Shown: positions 35,877 to 47,467 of the stretch, piece after piece
Layout of the letters: every line of letters begins with the position of its first letter
How positions within the stretch are numbered: position 1 is the first letter of the stretch
Origin: Elsinoe ampelina
Taxonomy: Eukaryota
Assembly: GCA_010093995.1 (NCBI GenBank)
Contig: ML992501.1
Location: 702,227-766,226 of the forward strand
DNA length: 64,000 nucleotides
Direction: 5' to 3'
Notes under the pieces: model-generated
What the model was told of the DNA's origin: nothing
The model's database searches: none
What the model saw: the letters and a program-made list of their open reading frames with translations, nothing else
Program-made: the position numbers and the translations under genes

Positions 35877-38800
35877 AAGCCTTAATATAATAAAGATCTA
35901 TATATTAAATTACTTTATACTAGAAGTCTAGATATAAGGAAATAAGGTAAGAGTAATATTAGATTTAGAAGCTAACTATAGCTATATCTCTATAACAATT
36001 GCTAATTAGCTTAAACCTTATTAATATTAGAAGGAGTTACCTTACCTACTTACTATAGTAGATAGAACCCCTATAGGGAAGAATAGGAAAGTTACTTAGG
36101 AACTATAAAATATTATAATTAAAATTAAAACATATATAGAAAAACAATTAATCGATATAGTAGACATGTAGTATAATATAGTACTTAGTATAGACTAGCT
36201 TTAGTAACATAATCTAGACGTAGACTAGATTAAAGAAACACTTAAATTCTCTAAGTATAATTATAGAACGTAGGAAGTATAATCGGCTCTATAGATACTA
36301 ACTATAAGAATAGTATAGGTACGACTAATAGTTAGAGCTATCGCTAGCGTAAGTAATTAAGCACTTCTACTAAAATATAAAGACTTCGAGGACTTATTTA
36401 AAGAAAGAGAAAGCATTATAGCCTTACTCTAATATAAACTATAGAATTATAAAATACCTTTTAAAGAGAGTAAATCCCTAATACACTATTAAGGTCTTAT
36501 ACTACTATCGAAATAGAAGGAGAATGTCCTTAAGGACTATATCGATAAGTACTTACTTAAAGGATTTATATAACTATTAAAATTACCTATTATATATAGA
36601 GTGCTTTTTATACCTAAAAAGGATAGAACGTTATAAATATATATTAATTACTAGAAACTTAATATACTTACTAGGAAGAATTACTATCCTCTACTAAGGA
36701 TCGATAAACTTTAAGACTAACTACTTAGAGCTAGATAGTTTACTATAATTAATATTAGAGATGCCTATTATTAGGTATAAATAAAGGAGAGTAAGGAATA
36801 GAAAACAGCTCTTAGGACGTAATAGAGTCTATATAAGTACCTTATTATACTCTTTAGGTTAACTAACACTTCTATAACCTTCTAAGAGTTAATTAATAAT
36901 ACTCTATAAGAATACCTCGACAACTTTGTCTTAGTATATTTAGATAATATTATTATCTTCTTAAAGATATATAACAAACATATAGGACATGTTTATAAAG
37001 TGCTATAGAAACTAAAAGAGAAAGACCTACTAGTAAAACTCTCTAAGTGTAAGTTCTATAAGCATAAGATACAATTTCTAAGTTATATTATATCTACTAA
37101 TAGTATAGGACCTAATCTAAAGAAGATTAAGTTAGTAAATAACTAGCCGGAACCTATAATAGTTAAGGAGGTTTAAGCGCTACTAGAGTTCTTTAACTAC
37201 TACTATAAGTTTATTAAGGGGTTCTCTAAGGTAGCTATACTAATATCTAACCTTACAAAAAAGAATACTAGCTTTATCTTTAACAAAAGATATAGGTAGG
37301 CCTTTAAGGAGCTAAAGCTTAGACTTATAATAGTACCTGTCCTAGTACTCTTCGACCTAGACTAATAAGTACTACTAGAAATAGATACCTTAGACTTTAT
37401 AATAGAAGCGTATCTAGCGTAGAAGGACGCGGAAGAATAACGCTACCTAATTATATACTACTTACGAAAAATAACTAGACTTAAACTTAACTATAATATA
37501 TATAATAAGGAGTTACTTATAATTATAGAAGTATTCCGCGAGTAGAGAGTATACCTAGAAGGAACAACCTTACCTATATAAGTCTACACCGACTATAAGA
37601 ACCTATTATATTAGACAATAACTAAGGTCCTTAATAGATAATAGGTTTAATAGTTAGAAACACTTATAAGCTATAACTTTTAGATCTACTATGTTAAGGG
37701 ATTAGAGAATAGCAGAGTAGACACTCTTAGCTAATAACTAGACTACTTAAAGAATATAATAATAATAAAGGCCTCTATACTAAAGTAGTAAGATAGCGCT
37801 TTAGTCTATAAGCACCTAAAGGTAGAGTAGTTATATAGCCTTACCTAGGAGCTTATATAAGAATAGAAATAAGAAATTATTTAAATGTACTATAATAACC
37901 TAATAGTAGGACATAGTAGGATTAATAAGACTATTAAGCTTATTATATAAAACTACCTATAGAAAGAACTCCGAAACGACATTAAGACGTATATCGCTAT
38001 ATACGATATATACTATAAGTCTAAGCACTTATAATATAAGCTATATAGCCTACTATAACCCTTACTACTACCTAACAAACTATAGTAATTAGTTATAATA
38101 GACTTTATAGGACCTTTACCGCTATTAGAAGAGCCTCTTATAGGTGTAAAGTATAATAGTATTCTAGTTCTAGTAGATAGATTTACAAAGTATTACTACT
38201 TTATACTATATAAGACAATAGTAACAACCAAGGATATAGCCTTTACCTTCCTCCGAATAATTGTTTTATAACATAGAGTACTACGAGACCTAATAACTAA
38301 TAGAGATAAGCTATTTACATTATAATTCTAGTAATTATTTATAGACCTACTAGGAGTTAAATATAAGCTATTAACCTTCTTTTATCTATAAACGAACGGA
38401 CAAACTAAACGGGCAAATTAAGTACTAGAGTAGTACCTATAATGCTATCTAAACTATAAGTAAGACTTATAAGTAACACTATTACTACTTGTAGAGCTTG
38501 CTATTAATAATAGAAAGTTAGTAAATAGAATTTTACTATTCTACGTAAACTATAGAATATACCTAGACCTATACTATAACACACTTAGAATTAAGCTAAT
38601 ATCTAAGGATGCTAATATACTAGTAGCTAACATTAAGAAACTATATAACTAGCTATACTACGATATATTATTTATATTATAGAGAATAGTAGAGTTTACT
38701 AACTAGAAGAGAATTACAAGACTAATTCTATAGGAGAGAGAGAAAGTTTACCTTCTTAGTAAAAACATTAAAATAAAACAACTAAGTAAGAAACTTAACA

Positions 38801-39204
38801 ATACTAAACTAGGACCCTTTAAGATCCTAGAAAAGAAAAACAAGAACATATATAAACTAGAACTACCGAGACATATAAGGATCTATCTAGTCTTTTATAT
38901 ATTACTACTAGAGAAAGTACTATAGAATACTATACCTAGACCTATTAAACTAGATAAAGAAATATAGAAGCTATAGTATAAGATCGAAAAGGTTTTATAT
39001 TATAAACTTATAAAAGAAAAACGCTACTATCTTATTTACTAGAAGGGACATTAGTATAGTAAAGTAATATAGGAACTAGAGGAATACCTTACCTCGTAAG
39101 TAATTCTAGATTACTAAACTAAAAACCTATCCTAAGTAAACTAACTAGGTAGGCCTAACGCTACTAACACTAAACAAAAACAAGAATGCCTAAGGAAGAC
39201 TACT

Positions 39205-39752
39205 TAGCTAATAGAAGTACTCTAATTATTACTAAATAGGGAACCCTAATTAGAGTTAGGCATAAATAATTACTAATTCTATAGAAGGATAGGATCTACC
39301 GACAATAGTATTTCCTCCTACTCTAAGACTTAAATACGAGTCTCCTCTAAAGAAATTACTTTCTCTACCTTATTCTTTAATTTCTATATCTCTTTACATA
39401 GGCGAAGCTTATTACCTATAGCTCTTTAATAAGCCTCTTTTACCTTTTTATAAGCTTCTTTAGCTTTCTTTCTAGTAGTCTTAGCTATAACTAATTCCTT
39501 TCGTAAACAAATATACTTAGACTAGAGACGCTACTATTTCGATTTTGTTACTTAAATATTATAACTCGAGTAGTTACTTACAATATACTAGCTATAGATA
39601 CCTAACTAAACATAGACCTTATAATCTAGCCTCTTCGATTTACAACGAGAATAAGCCTACGGTATGTTAGTTCTAAATAGTTTAATAAACTCTAAAAGAT
39701 TCTTTCGTGTAGATATACTAGATTTACTATACCTTCAATAACTAGGAGACAT
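39205..39752 (-). pseudogene. RIP-degenerate antisense accessory ORF of the Gypsy element: Zn(II)2Cys6-like cluster plus coiled coil
   Basis: ATG at 39752. TAT/TGT codons are spaced C-x2-C-x6-C-x8-C-x2-C-x7-C. All in-frame stops can be explained as RIP products. The 3' end is approximate. Confidence 0.7.
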
Positions 39753-39826
39753 ATTTAGTATATAGTATATAAAGATAAGGAAGAATACTTACTTATTAGA
39801 ACAACTCGATTAAAGGAGAAGAGTAA

Positions 39827-40289
39827 TATTACGAACTAGTAGGACAGCTAGAGCGTAGAGACGTTAGGACTAATTAAGCTACTAAGGTTATTACGTAACC
39901 TAGCCTAACGTTTGCTTAGTTCTCTATCTTCTCTAGCGGCTCTACCTTAGAAGCTATAGAGCGTATAGGTTACTAGCGGACATATACTCTATATTACTCT
40001 CGACTCTCGCTATAGAGTATATAGAGCATATAGAGTACACGATAGAGAATATATATATATAGGAATAGTCCTTACCTTATATAAGAACTATAGTTAACCT
40101 CGTCTAGATAGTAAACACTAGTATTACTAAGGCTAGCCTTTATAATACTATCTAATTGTACTTTATTATCTATAAGATATACCTTCTCCGACTCTTACCT
40201 TAGTGCTATACTACTATAGAAGTAGAACTACCTTGTTCTTAGCTTAGCTTAGACTACTAGCGTAGACTATATTTAGACGGTTCGTAACA
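39827..40289 (+). repeat. Gypsy 3' LTR
   Basis: Preceded by purine tract AAAGGAGAAGAG; ends TCGTAACA. Confidence 0.95.
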
Positions 40290-40431
40290 CTATATTCCTT
40301 AGACTAGATATTAATATTAAGAACTATATCTTCTACCTAGAAGGTATACTAATTCCTAGTAAATAGGACAAGCTTATTATTCTTATAAAGGGCTTATATA
40401 GGCTTAAGTAAGCTACTACCCTCTAGTATAA

Positions 40432-40859
40432 NNNNNNNNNNNNNNNNNNNNNNNNNNNNNNNNNNNNNNNNNNNNNNNNNNNNNNNNNNNNNNNNNNNNN
40501 NNNNNNNNNNNNNNNNNNNNNNNNNNNNNNNNNNNNNNNNNNNNNNNNNNNNNNNNNNNNNNNNNNNNNNNNNNNNNNNNNNNNNNNNNNNNNNNNNNNN
40601 NNNNNNNNNNNNNNNNNNNNNNNNNNNNNNNNNNNNNNNNNNNNNNNNNNNNNNNNNNNNNNNNNNNNNNNNNNNNNNNNNNNNNNNNNNNNNNNNNNNN
40701 NNNNNNNNNNNNNNNNNNNNNNNNNNNNNNNNNNNNNNNNNNNNNNNNNNNNNNNNNNNNNNNNNNNNNNNNNNNNNNNNNNNNNNNNNNNNNNNNNNNN
40801 NNNNNNNNNNNNNNNNNNNNNNNNNNNNNNNNNNNNNNNNNNNNNNNNNNNNNNNNNNN
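40432..40859. other. Assembly gap (N run)
   Basis: Ns, inside Copia RT. Confidence 1.
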
Positions 40860-43252
40860 CTTTAGAATCTAACTATAGCTTATATAGTTATAGCTAAATA
40901 GATCTAGAGGTATATTAATAGAACTATTATAAAGGGCCTTACCTTTAAGAAGACTAATAGACTATTAGTTAACACAATTAAGACCTACTCTAACTTAGAC
41001 TTTACTAAAGATAGATTAACTACAAGATCTATATCTAGTACTATTATTTATATACTTAGTACACTAGTTATTTAGAAGTTAAGGCTATAGAAGATTATTA
41101 TATTATTAAGTACTAAGGCTAAATACCTTACCCTTACTAAGACCTATAGAAAGATTAATTAGTTAAGAAACCTTATTATTAAACTTAGGCTACTTACTAA
41201 TATCTATCTTAGTCTAACTATAGTCTTTATTAATAATAAATTAGCTATTAAACTTATAAAAGATTATACTAACTTAAGGAGATCTAAGTATATTAATCTA
41301 AAGAATTATTACTATAGAGAGTAGTATAAACTTAGAGTAATTAAGCTTAAGTATATTAATATAACTTAGTAATTAGCTAATACACTTATAAAGCCTAAGT
41401 CTCTTAATAAGATTCTTAATTAATTAGTAAAGGCTAATTACTTAGTATATATCTATACTATATACTTATTTAGATTTTATATATATTATTATTTTAAGTA
41501 TGTTATTTATACTACTACTACTTATTAAGCTATCTTATTTGTCTAAAAACTTAAAGTAAGTTACTTTAATATTAAAAAGAGAAAAAGGAAAAGCTATTAT
41601 AACCTTATTACTAGCTACTTATACCTAAGCTATATCTACTACTTAATACTAACTACTATTCTATACTACTAACTACTTATTATACTTTACTAATTACTTC
41701 TTTAGAGGAGTTCTTATCCTCTTAAAGCTCTTAGAGCTAGTATAAGATCTACTACCTATTAATATATTAAAGTTAGCCCTTAACCTTTTATTTCTTAGAG
41801 AAGATCTAGATACATTTCTTATATAACCTATACTACTAGCTAAACCTTATATAGTAAAAGTATAAATAGTTAAAAGACTATCCCTCTTACTAGATATAAC
41901 CTTAGCTATACTTATAGTAAACCTAGCTATAATAACCTATAGGGCCTAGAGCTTAGCCTATATAGAATTTACTAGATTAGTAAAGTCTATAGAGACTATA
42001 ATAAAGTAGCGTAAGTTAAGATATACTAAGGACTTATTAATAATGTTAGTAGGCCTACTACGAGAAGAAGTAGGCCTTAGTAAGAACCTTTAAGGTAAAG
42101 TACTACTAAAAGAGAAAGACTTTAAAAGCTTAGTTAGTAGGTATATTAAGCTATATAGAACAGGTTAGGTAATAGGCCTTAAACTACTTAGAGTTTCCTT
42201 TAGAGGCCTTAGAGTTAGAGTATACTAAATAAGAGAGTAAGTCTTATACTATAGACTATAGGTATAGTTAGTATAGGCACTATAGAACTAGCTAGAGACT
42301 ATAATATACTACTTAAACTTACTAGCTTTACTAAAGCTACTATTATTACCTAGAGTAGAGCTCTAATACTTAGTATAGTAGTTAGTACTATAGTAAATAA
42401 CTCTTCTAGTAGTACTAGTTCCTATTAAGGTAGCTATATAAGTTAGAGAACTAGTTAAGTTAATTATCTTAGTTAGGTTCTTTACCTAGATAGTAGCTAT
42501 AACTAAAAGATCTAGGTTACTAGCACTAAAAGCCTAAATAGTAGAGGACCTAAAGACTAAGTATAGTAAGTTATAGTTATAGTATCTAAGGTCCCTAAGG
42601 CTAGTAAGGTTATTCTAGATACTTATAGTAAGCTCTTAAGTAAGAGCCTATTTAGTCCTAACTATAACGAGTTAGTACTACTTTTTAGACTATATAAGAG
42701 ATAATATACTAAGAGTATTTAGTCTAGTAATAGCCCTTATAGTACTTTACTCTCTTATCTTAGAACTAGTTAAATCTCTAGACTAAGGAAGATTATGTCC
42801 TTTACCTCTACTACCTAGCGGACTACCTAGTACTCTAGCACTAGTAGTAATACTACTAATACCTAGCTAAGTAGTAGCACTTATACTATAAGGAGTTAGT
42901 TTATACTATAGAAGGTGTAAAAGTAGAATATAAAATAGTAGGCTATTATTATAAGTATAATAAAGGAAAGAGAAACTATAAAGAAGTTAGCTAGATACTT
43001 ATATCTCCCTTGTTAAGATTTATAAGCTAATCTATTTATATAGAATAATAGAGATAATAGCTGCCTAGCTATTATTAATAGTTACTATTATTACTAGCTA
43101 TTATAAGCTAATCTAATAGTAAATTCTTACTAGTAATTAGCTAGTACTAACAATTATAAGTAATTATAAAGAGATAAAGTAATAAGCTAATTACTTTACT
43201 TATATATAATAGGATAGTTCTCTAGCTTTAATAATCTATACTAGAGAGAGAG

Positions 43253-43394
43253 TGTTATAATAGAAAGCTAGTACAGCTTCTCTAGTACTAAAGAACTAGC
43301 ACTAATAAGTCAGCGTACGCATAGTAGATAAATCGGTTATTGTAACTCTCTGAATAAAACACACGTCTCTCGATCCGATTTGCCAGTTACAACA
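43253..43394 (+). repeat. Copia 3' LTR
   Basis: Ends TTACAACA and is followed by TSD GAAAT. Confidence 0.95.
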
Positions 43395-45057
43395 GAAATT
43401 GACCAAGTGGCGTCAGCTTTGCTTGGCGCGAGCTGCACCGTCGCTGCACATCAGACTGTGCCAAATCCTCATTTGCTCGAACCGCGCTGCATCATGCACC
43501 ATGCATCTAGCCTTCTTCCCCGTCGACCGGGGATGCACGCCCCGTCCCTTGCACGCACTGATCCGCTGGAGAGACGGTGTGTCCGCTGGCTGAAACAGAC
43601 GGGAGCTCCATTGGATACCGACAGTTCTGTCATGGGCTTTGGCACATGCCCATCCGTTTTTGCTCGCGCCGACCCATCTGCTCGAACGATGTAGACGTCC
43701 TCATGCAAGTCATCTGGTCATTCACGAACTCTCGTCAACGGCAATTACTTCCACGGAGCATCGGCTCGTTCCTTCCCCTCGTGGTCCTTGTGCCGTGTCT
43801 GTGGGCTTATCAGGCCCCTCGGCTGCTTCGGAGTGTGCTGGACTACCAACGCGATATGATGCCGTTCTTACACTTGAGGTTGCACAAAACTACCTCGCTC
43901 AAGCCTAGAGCGTTTTGCAGGGTTGATCAACTGGCTCAGGGCTGCGGAGCTAAGGCGAATCTGTGAAAATGAATACGCGCCACTCACTGTGACGCAGATG
44001 AACAGTGCGGACACACGCTACGTTCCGGTGCGCAAAGGTTATTCGAACGTCTGTTTTGCTCGACCATCTAGGCAAATCGTCTGATTGTCCAACTCAAAGG
44101 CTTCAGACCCGCCTTGAGAAGCCTCAGTATGTCGGCAGGCTCGAATAGAATGCTTGAGTAGCAGGACAGGACAAAGACGGAATGAAGCAATATTGCTCTC
44201 ATCGAATTGGGCAACCAGATCTACCTCCGAGGAGCAGTACCATGATTCGCCAGAAGGGATACGGTGGGCCCTACATGTACTTCTGACCCGGCTGCAGTCA
44301 ACTACGCTACACCAGGCTGCTGGTAATTGTGTGTATCTTCCAGATTGCAAGTATGTATCATGCCGATTCGCTAATAAATGCAGGGTTGTGGTACCCCTAA
44401 AAATGCGCCAGACGTACCTTTGTCGATGATGCAGCATGCATGCACAGCACACGGATCGCATTACTATCGCCTGTCCCTATCTCTTCAATACGAATCCGTC
44501 TCGTCGACAAAAGTCTTCGGTCGGTCCTGGATTGTCGAGGCAAGAACGGTCGTGTTTATACATCCCTGTCGGACAAGACTCGTCTAGTCGCTGTAGCATC
44601 TCGACGCCATCTGCGCCCCTTGTCCAGATCATGCCGTTGATCCGTGCTCGACATATTGGACATGAGCTGGCTGAAACATACATCTACGGCTATAGCCTCT
44701 GCCTTTACAGACGCAGATCTAGTCCAAAGAGTGAGTCCGCTTTTCATCAGCATCTGAGACATACCCACAGTCAAGCAGAAAGATACACCGCCGATTGAGA
44801 GGTAATACTGCTGAACAGTGTATGGTGAAGTAGCGGAAAGTAGTATTGAAAAGGCGGAGTCTGGTATTCCATGCTTTCGAAGCACCGACAACAGAGACCA
44901 GCTCAAAAACGCCGCCTCAGCCCAGCCCACAATCATTGCCCTTCTCATCAAACAGAACGCACTGCCAAACATTTGTCAATACTTGCCCTTCACTGTCTTA
45001 CACCCAGGCAACAACCGGCCATCTATTTATTCCTCGCCAACTAGTTTCACCTGGGAG

Positions 45058-47073
45058 ATGGCTCCTAGTCATCGTCGGCAGAGCTCTCTCGCTCTCTCTC
45101 GAGCCATACAAAACTTTGGCAGTTACATTCCTCCTCTCACCACGCCCTCTTCGACCTCGAGCTCTTACTTCCAGAAGAGAGCCCTGCCTCCGTCACCTGT
45201 CGAACCGCTCCCTCCCAAGATGCCCTCCAAAGCCAAACCGTCATCGACAACCCCCTTCAAGCCCAACCCTGTGACCAGAGCTGTCCGCTATGCACCGTAT
45301 GAGATGAAGGAGAGGGACACCAGTTTGACCAAAGATGAGCGAGCTTTCCTGCAATCCGAGTGGAAGCGCTTCCAAGTCCAGCAATACACTGATCCAAAGT
45401 GCCTCATCGGTGACATCGCCTATACTGTCCCGTACAACGGCAGTGGACAGGGAGGTCCGACACTGGAGAGCCTAATCGGCAAGAAGCGATTCGACTGTGA
45501 GTATCCAGCACTACTATATTTGGTCGATTACTGACAATCCCTGTAGTCTTTGCATATACCTTCGTCATGCCCGACACTAACCAGGAGTGGGCTATCATGT
45601 GGGACCATGAGACCGGTCTTGTCCGCACTGCCGGTATCTTCAAGCCGCTTGGTCACGTAAAGGTATGTCATTGTCGTCGTTCATCATGTTCATCGGCTGA
45701 CATGAGGCTAGTCTGCCCCCAAGGTCGCCCTTGACTCTTCAGAAGGACTGCTCAAGATCGCTCTGAACGTCAACGGTGGCAGGGTCGACCTTCAAGGCTA
45801 CTGGGTCCCCTTTGAGGCTGCCTTCGAGCTCAGCACCAAGTTCGCCTACCACCTCCGAGCCGTCTTATACCCTCTCTTCGGTCCTGCTATCCTTCGCAAA
45901 TGCGTCCTTCCCAACACCACCCACTGGCACAACTTCGCCATCCTCCCCAGTACCGTCCGCAAATGCAAGAACGAGCTTGCCGACCTCGCTCGCACCGTAT
46001 CATCTGGCCATGGTAACGACTCCCGTACCACGCCTGCCGTCACACCTGCTCCAGCGGCCCGCCGTCCCAAGCGCGCGCCCAAAGGCAAGAAGGCCATCAC
46101 CATCGATACCGACGATGAGTCAGCCTCAGAGTACCCTGCTTCCGACACAAGCTCCGTCTACTATCACCACCCAGCTGACTCCCCTCCCTTGTCGCCAAAG
46201 TCACTCCCGAGCAGGGGCAACTGGACCCCAGTCAACCCTCACCCCTCCCCTTCACCCTCTACTGCCGACTCTATCAAGCCGATCCGCAGGACCAAACGCG
46301 CCGCAGCGCCGGCGGCAAAGCGTCCTATCCCCCGCTCCGCTCCTGTACCAAGCAAGCACTCCTCCATCTCATCTGCCTCAGCCAGTCCTTCCTCCTCCTC
46401 GGTAGCACTCAGCACCACCCTCTCGTCCCAGTCCGCCGGCACAAAGCGTCCTTCACCCGTCGACGACGCCCCAAGGACCAAGCGTAGCAAGCTCCCCGTC
46501 GGCTTCGTTCCTCATGTCCCTGCGCCAGTCCAACCTACAGAGAGAGAGTGGTCCGACATCAAGCTCAAGCAGTTCCTGGTCAAGGAGGCAGAAGCTAAGA
46601 GGCGTGGGCCTCTGGTTGTTGGTGAGGTGATGTCTTTCCTACTTGTCTCCCACATTCCCTTCCCCTCTCAGCCTCTCGCTATCCACCTGATGTAGATCGA
46701 GCGACGAGACTAACTCTTCTCAGACTCTACTTCCTATGGCGGGTCATCGACTCCAAATCAAGCATCAGAGGGGAAACAAGGAGGCAAGATGCACCTCAAA
46801 GATCTCAAAGCAGCTCTCTGGTTGACTGAGATGGCACGTGGAGGGGAGATTGCAAAGTATGACGACGTGGAGGTGCTCAGGGAGGCGGTGAGGTTGAGGC
46901 ACGTGAGGGAGGGGTGGGTTGATGAGGTTGTTGCTGGGCTGGGCAAGCATGGGAAGAGTGGCGCTGATGAGGAGGAGCTGGAGGAGGAGCTGGAGGAGGA
47001 TTCGGAGGAAGGTGATGGAGAGGATGCGGAGGAAGGTGATGGAGAGGATGCGGAAGGGGAGACGGATTATTGA
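45058..47073 (+). CDS. Divergent APSES/KilA-N transcription factor, Xbp1/RgdA-like (4 exons)
   Basis: Spliced reading: VRYAPYE...TVPYN...GKKRFD/FFAYTF...IMWDHETGLVR...GGRVDLQGYWVPFEAA...LYPLFGP; C-terminal DLKAALWL. Introns ~45497-45546, 45663-45711, 46622-46723. Confidence 0.8.
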
Positions 47074-47467
47074 GTGCCTCTTACGATATTATCACAGGGT
47101 ATGGTAGGGAAATTTGGGGGTCACGGACGGACTTGCATGCATTGCAGAATACTGTAAGGGGATTTCGGCACATGGCTACAGGAAGCATAGCGATCATCAG
47201 GCATGGATAGATTTCGTTTAGATTTTTAAATCTAGAGCAGTATGCGGTACTCTGGCGACAACCTGCTTTTGACGTACCGGAGATGAGCACCATCACCAAG
47301 GAGCACTATAATGAAAAGATCGATCGTTTGTATTCTGGTTGACAAAGTCTCACAGACAATCTCGAACACTCTCAGTTCCAGACCTGAAGCTCTCCTCAGC
47401 ACACAGCTCTCAAGCACCACCACATCAACCCCCCAATCCCTCCCCTCTCATGTCTCCCCTCACCCCC

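Larger units (their letters stand above)
33266..40289 (+). mobile_element. RIP-inactivated full-length Ty3/Gypsy chromoviral LTR retrotransposon (7.0 kb), nested in the Copia RT
   Basis: 463-bp LTRs TGTTACGA...TCGTAACA; TSD CTACA (33261-65) / CTATA (40290-94). De-RIPed motifs: gag CCHC knuckle (~34615), protease MLDSGA (~35960), RT YLDDIII (~36940), RNase H ETDASD/DKELLAI/YTDHKNL, integrase HH-CC/DFIGPL/DGQTER/GPF, chromodomain YEIEKVL..YLIHWKG..WEPE (~38980-39085). Confidence 0.95.
29548..43394 (+). mobile_element. RIP-inactivated Ty1/Copia LTR retrotransposon (outer element, ~6.8 kb without the nested insert)
   Basis: 142-bp LTRs with TGTTGTAA...TTACAACA termini; 5-bp TSD GAAAT (29543-47 / 43395-99); PBS-like GGTTATAAGCC after the 5' LTR; purine tract before the 3' LTR. 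De-RIPed motifs occur in Copia order: protease (IYDSGASRH ~30965), integrase (SDREGEF ~31760), RT (WVFK, YKARW..RGFTQ, KGLYGLKQA), RNase H (YSDSDFA, SSTEAEY, RSKHID, LADALTKP ~41400). Confidence 0.93.

Noticed and set aside
29548..43394. AT-rich block as a centromere, NUMT or contaminant
   Set aside because: Fully explained by two RIPed LTR elements with matching TSDs; too short and too closely gene-flanked to call centromeric from sequence alone.
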